From positions 126,916,001 through 126,980,000 of the forward strand of contig NW_024704742.1 in the NCBI RefSeq assembly GCF_018977255.1: a stretch of 64,000 bases of DNA, in the 5' to 3' direction. This document shows positions 26,364-37,756 of this stretch, one piece after another (within the stretch, counting starts at the first letter, position 1; each line of letters begins with the position of its first letter). The DNA comes from Callorhinchus milii. Lineage: Eukaryota. Made by a program: the position numbers and the translations under genes. The notes beneath the pieces are model-generated. The model did no database searches and was not told the DNA's origin. It saw nothing but the letters and a program-made list of their open reading frames with translations.

Positions 26364-26844
26364 TCATTTTTATTATAAACCTCTATGGAATATCAATAAT
26401 TCAAGATACCTAGCATAACTATGTACTACTCCTACTCAAATCTAAAATAGATACTTGGTTCAATAATGCAGTCTATTTTTTTTAATGTGTCCAGAACTGT
26501 TATTTAATGTACTCAAAATTATTGCTTAATACCCTAAAAGTAGATCTATACTTTTTTAAAAATATTTATCTCACAAACAAAAAAACTTCTGAAACACATT
26601 AGACTGTGCTGTAGAACTTCGAATTATGAATGTATTCACCTTTAACAAATATGTTCTCCTAACTCCTTTCTGCAAGATTATAGTGATCAACTTGTGCTAT
26701 TCAACATTAAGAGCTTGAGATTATAAAGGAGTTCTGGAATGACACCTTTTTAAAAAGTCTCAAATGGCACATCACCGGTCTTCAGCCAGTCATATCAATT
26801 CGTATTGCCTAAAAATGTTAAATAGTGGCTCTTAATTGTGTTAA

Positions 26845-27242
26845 CCTGGCTCAGGTGGAGCACTCTCACCTCTGAGCCAGAAGGTTCTGGGTTTAAGCCC
26901 CACATCGAAACTTGGAATCACACAGTCTAAAATGGCATTCTAATGCTGGGGGCGTGTTGCATTGTCAGAGGTGCGGTCCTTCAGATGAGACATTAAACCG
27001 AGGTCCCGTCTACCTGTACTATTCGAAAAGAGATGGGAGTTCTCCTGGAATTCTAGCCGACATCCCCCAAATAAAATCGGTCATTCACTTCATGGCTGTT
27101 TGTGGGCACATTGCTGTGCGCAACTGGCTGCTGCATTTTGCCTAGAAAATACAGTCAACCACTTTAAAGTATATGTTTTAAAGTGCTTTGAGGCATCTTG
27201 ACAGTATGATGAGGCGCTATATCAAATACAAGGATTATTATT
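26845..27242 (+). mobile_element. DeuSINE (AmnSINE1/SacSINE1-like), near full length
   Basis: Different tRNA-like head, followed by a Deu-domain-like sequence (cttcagatgagacattaaaccgaggtcccgtct...ctattcgaaaagag...gagttctcc) recognised from memory. Confidence 0.8.
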
Positions 27243-27869
27243 AGCATTAATTTTATTGTTTTTTTAGAACAGTGGCTGATAAATGAAAGTACAGATGTTT
27301 TATTCGGAAGTAACTGCAATATTGAAGTTTCCAAAAACTGAATACCTCTCTTCACTTAAATATTTGACACAGAATACATATCCCGCCTCCATAATGTACT
27401 AACACTGTGTGGGTATGGGTACTCACTCATCTGTCTGACAAAAATAACAATGAATGTTATTGTCAGCTCAATAGCTGATGTTGTCATGGTGATGCCATCT
27501 TCTGGGTAGTGAGACAGCTGAACCCAGGTTTACATAGGACCAGGGACTACTGTAAGGAGTATAACACAGGTCTGATTGATATTGATGATGACTGGTACCA
27601 AATTGATAGTGTGCAAGAATGGTCAAGAACGGTGGGCAGGGTTTTGACATCTTCATTGAGTAATGACTTCATTTTCCTCAGATCAGGTGTCAGCCTATAC
27701 TCAATCCGAACATATCCAATATGTATTTCTTTAGCCGAATTTGATTTGTAGTTTGCTTTAATTTAACCTTTTTTTCATTATTCTCTCAGAAATACCTTTT
27801 GCAGACCTTCATTGTTGCTTATTTTCTCCCCATGTGAATTAGTCATCGTCAATTACCTTTCTACCTTTA

Positions 27870-28582
27870 AATCATCACGTATTTGAGTCACTGTACTATA
27901 TACGTGGGCTGAAGATTGTAACAAAATGTGTATTGAAAGTATAACATTTAACTATTTCCTGATTCAAGGAGTGTACATCAGCCAAAGTTCCTGATTAGCA
28001 TCTAAAACTCAAAATATTTTGACAATGAGTATGAGTTGTAACCTCAAAGGTTTCAATAGGTAACTTTCTCAGTTGATGGTCTTATTCAAAAGTCAGATTA
28101 TATTGCAGTAAATTTAATGACATTTGACTCACATGTTGGTTTCTGTATGCGTTATATGCTTCTTTACTTTCACATTCATTTTTAATCTGTGTTAATAGCA
28201 AAACGTGCAAGTTACAACAACAACAGATTTCATTTATAGAGCGCCTTTCACATCAGATGAGTGCACATGTTGGATATCAAGAATAAGATTATTAGGATGC
28301 AATACACTCCAGACCTTGTAATGTGTGTCACAGAATGATCTCTTGCCTCACTCAGCTGCTCCAAGAGAATGCCGAGTCACAACCCTGTGTGAAGCGTATT
28401 ATAAATGCTCATACTGACTGCCAAATATTTAGAGTTTTAGATGCTGGTCAGGAATTCTGGCTAATAAAGTATATGGTAGTTAGATCAGGAGATTGTTAAA
28501 TGTTATACTTTCAATACACATTTTGCTACAATCTCCATCCCACACATATTGTAAAGTGACTCAAATGCAGTACTTGATGATT
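27870..28582. mobile_element. Foldback/MITE-like element with ~165-bp inverted arms
   Basis: 27870-28035 is the imperfect reverse complement of 28408-28582, with a perfect 31-bp core at 27922-27952 / 28495-28525. Confidence 0.8.
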
Positions 28583-29204
28583 ATTGTTATTGCTGATTCC
28601 AATCACTGAAAACATGCCTTTCACAGTTATTATTGTAGACTTGATTTTTTTTCAAAATCATGTTTATTTGCAGATCAACGACTTTCTTTCATTTAAAGCA
28701 GTTAAGTAAACACCTTTGTGATTGATTTTCAATAATTCTGTAATATAATACTGAAGCTACTTTCATATGAACAAAGCAGGGAATAAGAAAAGTCCATTGG
28801 TGGCCATAAAATTCACTTTCTGTACTGCCACACAAAACGTACCTGGTGTCATGAACTGCACCCGTCACTCGTATTAACTGTGGTATAAATGTTCCCAGAA
28901 CTCCAAAGATACAGACAGCCTTGCCACCTTCACATAGTATGTTGAGGGGATGTCAGGCACTATATAAATATAAAATGTATCCATGCTCAAATGTATTCTC
29001 AAATAGGTACTTATCTAGTTTGCACCGAAGTTCTCTGTGAGGCTCAGAGGTTCCACAGGCTTCATTAGTTCTAACATGAGTTTTCATATCAGATGTACCC
29101 TTCTGACACCATGCAAATAATTGGAAGATGCTCACCACATTGATACTGGATAACAGAAGCACATTTAAGCTGACTTCAATTGCCCCTGTGTATTGCTAAT
29201 GCAT

Positions 29205-29510
29205 ATAATAATAATAATAATCCTTGCATTTGATATAGCGCTTTTCACGTCGGGAGGACGTCCCAAAGCGCTTCACAGAACACACTGTAAAGTGAATTGA
29301 CTGTATATTTGTGGGCGAACGCGGCAGCCAATTGCGCACAGCAGTATCCCACAAACAGTCGTGGATTGAAAATGACCAATTCATTAGTGTTTTGTTTTGG
29401 AGGATTATTAGGCGTGTGGAGTAAGGAAACTTGCCCAAGGTTTCGCCCTGCCTGGAATTGAACCCAGGTGGCTCGCTCGCAAGGTGAGTGCTCTGACCAC
29501 TGAGCTACAG
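29205..29510 (-). mobile_element. tRNA-Ala SINE
   Basis: Consensus match. Confidence 0.9.
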
Positions 29511-29567
29511 TATTTACCGCAACATAGTAGAGGCCAAATACATCCTGTTTCCACAATATAGTGAAGC

Positions 29568-29901
29568 ATGGCTCAGTTAACACTCTTGCTTCGGAGTCAG
29601 AATATTGTGGGTTCAAGCCCCATGTTGGGTCTTTCAACTCAGACTAGGCTACTAATGTCAATATAGTGATAGTGAGTGGGAGGGGGTGGGGGGAGCTGCA
29701 TTGTTGGAGGTGCCATCCTTTTCTCTTCAACCGTGCCTTCACCTCCCCTCTCGACTTTCTACCCTCTCCTCGCTCCTTCCCTCCCCTCCCCTCACCCTGA
29801 CCATTTCCCCCCTGCTCGGGTCCCGACCCAACTGTCCAGCACCTTGGGACGTCCTCCCGACGTGAAAGGCGCTCTATAAATGCAATCTTGTTGTTGTTGT
29901 T
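29568..29901 (+). mobile_element. DeuSINE 5' part joined to a young L2 3' end
   Basis: Head like 26845 up to ggtgccatcctttt, then L2 3' UTR and (TTG)n. Confidence 0.75.
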
Positions 29902-30962
29902 TAAATGTTAATGGTAAACCTAAGACCTGGGACTGTTCAGTCCCACATTCCATGCACATTGGATGCCGCATTCACTTAGAGGTGCAATCAGACAAAGATG
30001 TGAACAGAGCTTACTGAAATATTCAGAAATGGGTTAAAGTAGCCAAGCAGGCTTCTTTTCAAACAAATGTTTTACTAACCTCCAATTAACAAGAATCCCA
30101 GTCAATCACGTCTACCGGAGGAACCTGTTATTTGGAGAACTGCAGTCACAATTTACCGAAACTAAAATACTCCAACATGCAAAACATTTTTTTTTAATCA
30201 CCATTAAAAATGGGATGTTTTATTGCTATAACTCCTGAAATCAGAGTCTCGTAAAAGACTGATTTGTAGTGATGATCAGAAGCAGCTTTGGGAGGGGCTC
30301 CTAAATGAATCATGAAATGAGTCTGAAAAGCATGTAAGTAAATGCAATCACACAATAATTTTAAGGTAATTGATTCTATGAATATGTAAATCATGGCAGT
30401 AAACTCCAAAAAACACTCGAGGGAGACAATTGTACAGTAATAGTGCCCTTAAACAGGCCTACTAAGAACACAGTAAAATGTTTTGGATAGGAGTGTGATC
30501 CTTGCACCAGTTATGAAGAAATACAATCCAAAAGCTCTTGACAGTAGCAACAGCTTCATTGATGGCCTTCATCAACCAAACCATCTGTGCTGATACTTTA
30601 AAAATACCTATGCTGGCAACTATTCTGTGCAAGTTTAAAAGAAGCTGTCCCCAGCTTCATGGCGTTTCTCTGAATAAACACAGGAAATGCATGGTGTTGT
30701 ATAGAAGAACTAATCTGTCATTCAGAGTTATGGTTAATTCCTTCCTTTTCATCTGTGGTTTATTGTTCATAAAACAGCATTCAGAACCAATGCAAGGAAA
30801 TACACAGCTAAGAGATATTTCCTAAAGATTAAGATCTTCAAACATTTTTTCTTTCTTGAAAAGAACAACTACAGCTGTGATTATATTCAGCCAAATACAG
30901 TTTAGTTAGTATTTGTTAAAAATTCATTTTGGAACACTCCTCCAAATACAATTTTCTATCAA

Positions 30963-31326
30963 TGATAATAATAATCCTTGCATTTGACATACCGCCTTAT
31001 CAACGTCTTTGAGATGTCACAAAGTGCTTCACAGAATATATGGTAAAGTGAATTGACTGTATACTTTGTGGGTGAAACACGGCAGCTAATTGCATACAGC
31101 AGTGTCCCACAAACAGTTGTGGATTGAGTGACCAAATTATTTGGAGGAATTATTATCCCCAGAAAAGCAATCCGCCAATCGACTAACAACCGGGTTCCTA
31201 CTTACTGCTGGGTAAACAGAGGCATGTGGATAAGGAAACTTGCCTAATGTTTCGCTCTGCCTGGGAATCAAATCCAGGTCCTCTCGCTTGCAAGTCGAGT
31301 GCTCTAACCACTAAGCTGCAGGACTC
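30963..31326 (-). mobile_element. tRNA-Ala SINE, long subfamily
   Basis: Contains the extra central segment gcctctgtttacccagcagtaagtaggaacccggttgttagtcgattggcgg. Confidence 0.88.
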
Positions 31327-31547
31327 TGCACACACACACACACGCGCGTATTATATTATATATATGTATAAATAAAACATGCCTTCGAGCTAAAAGTAAC
31401 ACTAGATAGATTATAATAATATTCTAAAGAAACCTAAGGCAACAAGAACATTTATATCACAATTCCATGCAAAACATCTCAAAAGTACTTCACAGTTAAA
31501 GTGATGAACACTGAGCAAGAAATGGGAACAACGAATTTTGTGTTGAT

Positions 31548-31790
31548 TTCATAGGAATCATAGAATATAACTGTACAGAAGGGTGCCATTCAGCCCTTTG
31601 GAAGAGCTACTCAATCAGTCCCATTCCCCCGCTCTTTCCCCACATCCTTGCACATTTTTCCTCTTCAAATACCTATCCAGTCCCCTTTTGAAAGTTGTTA
31701 TTGAATCTGTTTCCACCACCCTTTCAGTCAGTGCATTCCAGACCAAAAAAAACTCTGAATAAAAATATTTCTCCTCATTTTCCCTCTTTA
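31548..31790 (-). mobile_element. CR1 3' end
   Basis: atcatagaat-type tail and WNAL-region remnant, like the 3' end at 43648. Confidence 0.75.
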
Positions 31791-32187
31791 AATTAACAAA
31801 ACACCTAATTTAGTTGGGAACAAGTGAATTCAAATGTTGCCTTATCGACCTATGTGAAAAATGTGGGGAATTTAAGATTATATAAATTAAGATTAATCCC
31901 AATTTGCACCAAAAATAAACTACATTGGGACATGTGGCCTTGCAATAAAATGACTGACCTGAACTTCTGGTTTACACGATGGCTGGTGTTTCAAGACGAA
32001 TACTCCTACGTGTTTATTTTAAAAATTGGGCAAAAGATTATCTAGGTTTTTGCTCCCTAGATAATTTCCTGAAGGAGATTTTTTTGTCCCTAATGAGTGC
32101 CGTTTCATGGCACATTGCATTTATAGTGAACCAAAATACTGCCCTCTTCAACAAGCACAAAGTCTATGGCTATTACAGCTTTATGTA

Positions 32188-32375
32188 GAGTCCTATAGCT
32201 TTGTGGTCAGAGCACTCACCTCGCACATGAGAGGACCGGGGTTCGATTCCCGGGCAGGGGAAACATTGGGCAAGTTTCCTTACTCCACACACCTCTGCTT
32301 ACCTAGCAGTAAGTAGGAACCTGTTTGTTAGTCGTTTGGCGGATCACTTTTCTGCAGGATAATAAACCCTTCAAA
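32188..32375 (+). mobile_element. SINE long subfamily, 5' half
   Basis: tRNA-like head plus the central segment. Confidence 0.8.
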
Positions 32376-33264
32376 TAAAAAAAACTGAGTACCAGTTAGG
32401 GCACGAGCTAAACTTAAATATTTGAGTGAAGGTTTGTGAGAAAAGGAAAGTTAGTAAGGACTAGAAGGGAAAGGAAAGAAATAATGAATTTTTTAAAAAA
32501 ATAAACATGGAAATTTGAAAATCACACGTGTGGGAAGGAATCACAGCCAATTTCAGCAGTTATTTCTGGCGGCCGCTCCTCTTCACACCTAGTCTCACTC
32601 AATAAAAATAAAGTCTTTATTGGTGAATTGATTACGCTAAATGGGGAGATTTGCCACTGAGGTGAAACCAAGGTAACAATGATGCACTCTTGATTTTGAT
32701 TATGCAGCAAACACTTATTGTACATTCATACTTCACCTTGTATCTGACATTAAAGGTCATGACACCACAAGAGCCAACCTTTAAAAAGAGGACCAATTTG
32801 AAACAGCTTTGAAGGTTCAAGTCATAGCCAGTTCAGTTTGCGTCATTATTTATGTATCTATCTCACCTCGAAAGGCTGAAAACTATTTGAACTCTGCTTC
32901 ACAGAAGAAACTTGATCACAGCACCTGATACCAATATTCATTGGACGTTTACATTTAACTCTGCAGTTGAGTTAAATTCAAACTTACAGTGCATTTTAGA
33001 GCAAATGGTTACCTCATCATTTGGAAACTAATATAAATACAGAAAATGTAACTATCAATTGAAATATTCAATATTGAGACATATTTGAAAATAAACTGAC
33101 ATATATGAATATATATGTAAATATTCATATATATATTACCGACTGGTGTGTATGTGTATGATGATAATAATAATATTAACGTGGTCACTCAATCCACGAC
33201 TGTTTGTGGACAGACTGTTTGTGGAACACTGCTGTGCGCAACTGGCTGCCACGTTTCACCCACA

Positions 33265-35052
33265 AAACAACAACAAAGTTACATTTGTAAAGCACCTTTT
33301 ACATCGGGAGGACATCCCAAGGCGCTGGACAATCAGAGTTTCGGGGTCGGGGAGGGTGGAGGGGATGAGGGGGAAGCAGGGGGATCACAAGCACAGTCGA
33401 AAAGGAAGGTCTTGAGATGGGTCTTGAAGGAGGCAAGGGAGGGGGCAAGGTAGAGGGACTACGGGATGGAGTTCCAGAGGGTGGGGCAGAGTGGCAGAAG
33501 GCTCACCCACCAATTGTGGGGCGAGTGAGGCAGGGGACGTGAAGCAGGTCGGAGTCCGCTGAGTGGAGGGAACAGGCAGGATGGTAGGGCATAGGAGATC
33601 ACAGAGGTAGAGGGGAGCAGGACGATGGAGGGCTTTGAAGGTGATGACCAGGATTTTGAACTGTATTGTGTGTGTGATGGGAAGTCAGTAGAGTTCGGTG
33701 AGGATCAGGGTGATAGGGTCACGGAGCCTGGCGCGGGAGAGGACATGGGCTGCAGAGTTCTGGTTGAACTGCAGCCTATGGAGGGAGGAGTTGGGGAGGC
33801 CGACAAGCAAGGAGTTTGCATAGTCGAGCCTCGATGTAATGATGGCATGTATGAGGTTTCCGGCGGCCTGCGGTGTGAGCTAGGAGATGTTGCGGAGGTG
33901 GGGGAAGGCAGAGCGGGTCATGGCGCAGATGTGGGATAGAAAGGATAATTGAGGGTCAAAAAAGACGCCAAGGTTCCAGACTGGCTTAGTAAGGTGGAGT
34001 GTCTCTCTGGACGAGAGACAACTTTCTTCAGCTCAACGTGCGTAAAACTGAGGCCCTCCTGATTGGCTCGCATCAGCGCCTCCGCACCTCAGGCGCTGAC
34101 AGCATCAGCATCCAAGGCTGCACTCTCCACCTCTCAAAGCCAGTCACGAACCTCAGCGTTCTGTTCGACCCTGAGCTGTCCTTTCTCCCTCATATCCGCG
34201 CCACAACTGGCACCGCCTTCCATCACCTCCGGAATGTCGCCAGACTACGGCACTACCTCACCCCTCACGCTGCTGAAACTCTGGTCCACGCCTTTATCAC
34301 CTCAAGGCTGGACTATGGGAACTCTCTCCTCGCCGGCCTTCCCGGCCCTCCCTCCACAAGCTGCAGGTCATTCAGAACTCTGCAGCTCGTGTACTGTCCC
34401 GCACCAGGCTTCAGGACCACATCACTCCCCATCCCCCAGAGGATCGAATTCAAAATCCTCATCCTCAGCTACAAGGCCATTCACGGCCTTGCTTCCTCCT
34501 ACCTCTCTGACCTACTATCCCCCTACCTACCTGCCCGTACCCTCCGTTCCTCTGTCTCCGATCTGCTCCACATCCCCCGCCCCAACCGCCCTACCATCGG
34601 TGGCCGGGCCTTCAGCCTCTCAGCCCCTAGGCTCTGGAACTCTATCCTCCAGTGCCTTCGCCTTGCCTCCTCCCTTTCCTCCTTCAAGGCCGGTCTCAAG
34701 ACCTTTCTCTTTGACTGTGCCTTCAGCTCCCCTTTCGACTCTCTACCCCCTCCTCGCTCCCTCCCCTCACCCTGACCATTTCCCCCCTGCTCGGGTCCTG
34801 ACCCAACTGTACAGCGCCTTGGGACGTCCTCCCGACATGAAAGGCGCTCTATAAATGGAATCTTGTTGTTGTTGTTGTACAACCATGGATGGTAATGCTG
34901 TCAGCGCATAAGGTGCGGAGACACTGAAGGAAGCCAATCACGAGAGCCTTGGGCTTGTTGACGTTCAACTGAAGAAAATTAGCTCTCATCCATGACTTGA
35001 CGTCCGACAGACATTCTGTCAGGATGGCAGTGGTCCTGGAGTCAAAACACAC
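33265..35052 (-). mobile_element. Older L2 (33265-33998 and 34879-35052) inserted in a SINE and split by a younger L2
   Basis: Joining the two pieces restores gtaaggtggagtgt|acaaccatggatggtaa (compare about 1061). The host SINE halves lie at 33181-33264 and about 35058-35150. Confidence 0.85.
33999..34878 (+). mobile_element. Young 5'-truncated L2
   Basis: WTRDNFLQLNVRKTE...TSRLDYGNSLL...RAFSLSAPRLWNS...KAGLKTFLF; (TTG)n tail. Confidence 0.93.
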
Positions 35053-35702
35053 TGTCTCTACACTTTACAGAATATCCTGTGAAGCGATTTGAGATATCTC
35101 AATGGCATGATAAGGCACTGTAACAAATGCAAGGATTAGTATTATTATTATGATGATGAAGACAGGAGTATTTTCCCCTTTTTTTAAAAGAAGCACTTGC
35201 TGATCTCATTCTAGATTGCCATTTACTTACAACAGGCTAAAAATCAATGCAGCCACAGTCATAAATGGAAACCTTTCAGTTTGGAAAGAGATTATAAATT
35301 GAGGACTTCCTTTTCATTTTTACATATATACATGGCAAAGCAGTTCTTCAGGTCCTATGTCTCAGGGTGAGAACAAAGCAGAAAAAATGGCTAACTTCAA
35401 AGTCCTTAAGTGAATGACTCAAGACCTTTCTCTTTGACCGTGCCTTCAGCTCCCCTTTCGACTCTCGTTACACTTGTGCATGCTTTGTGCAGTTAGCGCT
35501 GCTGATATCATATCCTTCCAGGGTGAGCATACACAGTGCATAAGAAATAATGTTAGCAATGCTTCCTTCACACAGTGTGCAAGCAGCGACATCAGCAGTG
35601 ACTGGATGACCCAGATATTGTTAATATTTTTAAGCATAGCAAAAAGGCCTTGTCAGCAACAGAAACCCGGTCCACTTGACTTTCTGTGGACCTGCACTTT
35701 AA

Positions 35703-36489
35703 TGTTAGAATTTACACTTTTTGTATAATGTTAGAATCATAATAGATGTTGCGAACGGGTTAACTTTTAAGTTAAGTGTGGGGGGCAACTGGACTGACAC
35801 TCATGATTAACACTCAAGAGCAACAAAAGGCAACCCTCAAGAATAGCAGCTAACGAGCAAATTGCTTAAACTGGAGGACCTTGGTACCATCCCGGGATAC
35901 TGACAAGAAATAACCAGTCATTTAAAAGGAATGTACTAATGATCCCACCTTACAAAATAACAAGCATCAGATAACAGGGGTCTTAAGAGCAATGTGTATG
36001 TGTGCTGAGGCACGTACACCCCATGAGGTGTTCACATGAACCCAGCATGATTTCAACCAGGTGATCTAATGATCTAATGTCCACACCATGATTAGACGAA
36101 CATCAGTTTAAGAGTTCCAATAACTTTGTGAACGGGGCCATCCCGGGTCGCGGAGACAAGGGTACGGGAGATGGGGCCGTCCCGGGCTGAAGAGACAAGG
36201 GTACGAGAGATGGAAGACTGAGAGCTAGAAACACTAAGACTGAGGATATCAGATGGAAGATTGAAAGCTGTAAGCAAGAAGGCTGAAAACATGAAGAATC
36301 AAGCTTGTGTGCTGTAAAGACAGTGTTGAACTCGAGACATCTACGGTGGTATTGTTCTGTTATAAGGTCTGCTGATTGTACCGGCCTTTGGTCTGACCCA
36401 TCAGGATATTGGGGAATAACGAACGAATAATAATAAAACAGTCTGATATCTGGTTGCAAACGGATTATGGCTGATTTTATTTTCTAACA
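35703..36489 (+). mobile_element. Solo LTR (787 bp), probably Gypsy- or ERV-type
   Basis: TG...CA ends with 8-bp terminal inverted repeat TGTTAGAA/TTCTAACA; TTAA on both sides (35699-35702 and 36490-36493); AATAAA at about 36432; internal ~38-bp tandem repeat at about 36133-36213. Confidence 0.8.
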
Positions 36490-36529
36490 TTAAGCAAACC
36501 CACATTCAACCAAGGGATGTTCTAAAAGA

Positions 36530-36800
36530 GCCATCTTGTATTCCCCGAATCTTGTCATGCCCATCTTGCCGTGCCCTCCGTTCCACCATCGGTGGCCGCA
36601 CTTTCAGCCCCGAAACTCTGGAACACTCCCTCAATCCCTCCGCCTTGCCCCATCCTTCTCCATTTTCAAGTCGTGCCTGAAGACCTTCCTCTTCTACAGT
36701 ATCTATAGCCACTTCCCTTCCCATCCCAGGTTCTCCATCGTGTTGTGACACTACCAAACACTCTGGGATGCAATCCTGCATGAGGGGCGCTATATAAATG
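36530..36800 (+). mobile_element. L2 3' fragment
   Basis: LPQSLRLAPSFSIFKSCLKTFLF. Confidence 0.8.
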
Positions 36801-36950
36801 AATAAATAAACCACTTGGTTGAGGGAATCTTGTGTCGTATGAATAAATAAGTCATATGAATAAATAAACCACTTGGTTGAGGGAATCTTGTGTCGTATGA
36901 ATAAATACGTCATATGAATAAATAAACCACTTGGCTGAGGGAATCTTGTG
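36798..36950. repeat. 58-bp minisatellite, about 2.6 copies
   Basis: ccacttgg(t/c)tgagggaatcttgtg at 36811, 36869 and 36927. Confidence 0.92.
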
Positions 36951-36959
36951 CAAAATGTT

Positions 36960-37275
36960 AGGAAATAGAACAATTAATGAAGAAATTGATAAGATTCAGA
37001 AGGGTTTGGCTCTTTTGGATACCTAGGCTTATGAATGTCATATGCGGTTGAATATGGGCAAGTATATGTGGGCGCATAAAAACATGTAAAATGAGGGGAA
37101 ATATGATGCGATAAATTACAAGAACATCATATTCAGTTATTTTTGTCAGGCCAGGATAATTGGAAAATACTGAATCAAATCGGGTAGATATTATGCTTCT
37201 TTGCCAAATAGTGGAAAAATTTAAGATAAATAATTCTAGAAGTAACAAATTAAAGTTCAAGAGCAGTTTTGGCAA
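36960..37275 (-). mobile_element. Possible very decayed L1/Tx1-clade RT fragment
   Basis: TFISLGIQKSQTLLNL weakly resembles the F.YLGI motif; weak evidence. Confidence 0.3.
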
Positions 37276-37756
37276 TTCAATCAGATAAAAGTCTCACCAG
37301 TGAGTTAGTAAAAGCATTCTCTTATAATGTCATTTGTTGTTGTTGAAGAATTGAGAGCTATACAGTGCTCCTATGTCAGATCTTACTAAAGCTACCCTGA
37401 GCAAAGACACTTTCCACAACAAGAACTTGGATAGAAGGAACCATTTGCATTAGTTTCTACATGTACAGCAAAACAAAAAAACAAAAAATGTGGTCACTTC
37501 ATCCACAACTGTTTGGGATACTGCTGTGCGCAATTGGCTGCTGACATTCCACCAAAAAAATAGAGTGATTTCACTTTGCATATATTCTGTGAAGTGCTTT
37601 GAGACATCTCAACAATGTGATGGGGCGCTATCAAATGCAGGGATTATTATGTATTATTACAGAAATATTGGTTGTGGACAACAATTGCATTGAATCTAAA
37701 GGGTCTCATTTATTCACTTTCCTTTTGCCCCCCCCCCCCCCCCATAAAGTGGCTTA

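Noticed and set aside
30269..30326. C/D-box-like pair GTGATGA...CTGA
   Set aside because: Too short, no terminal stem, and antisense to the host gene.
34063..34854. 263-aa Ser/Pro-rich ORF and similar ORFs at 6820, 41233 and 56293
   Set aside because: Alternative frames of C-rich L2 sequence.
36798..36950. Regularly spaced repeats resembling a CRISPR array
   Set aside because: The intervening sequences are also near-identical and the context is eukaryotic; it is a minisatellite.
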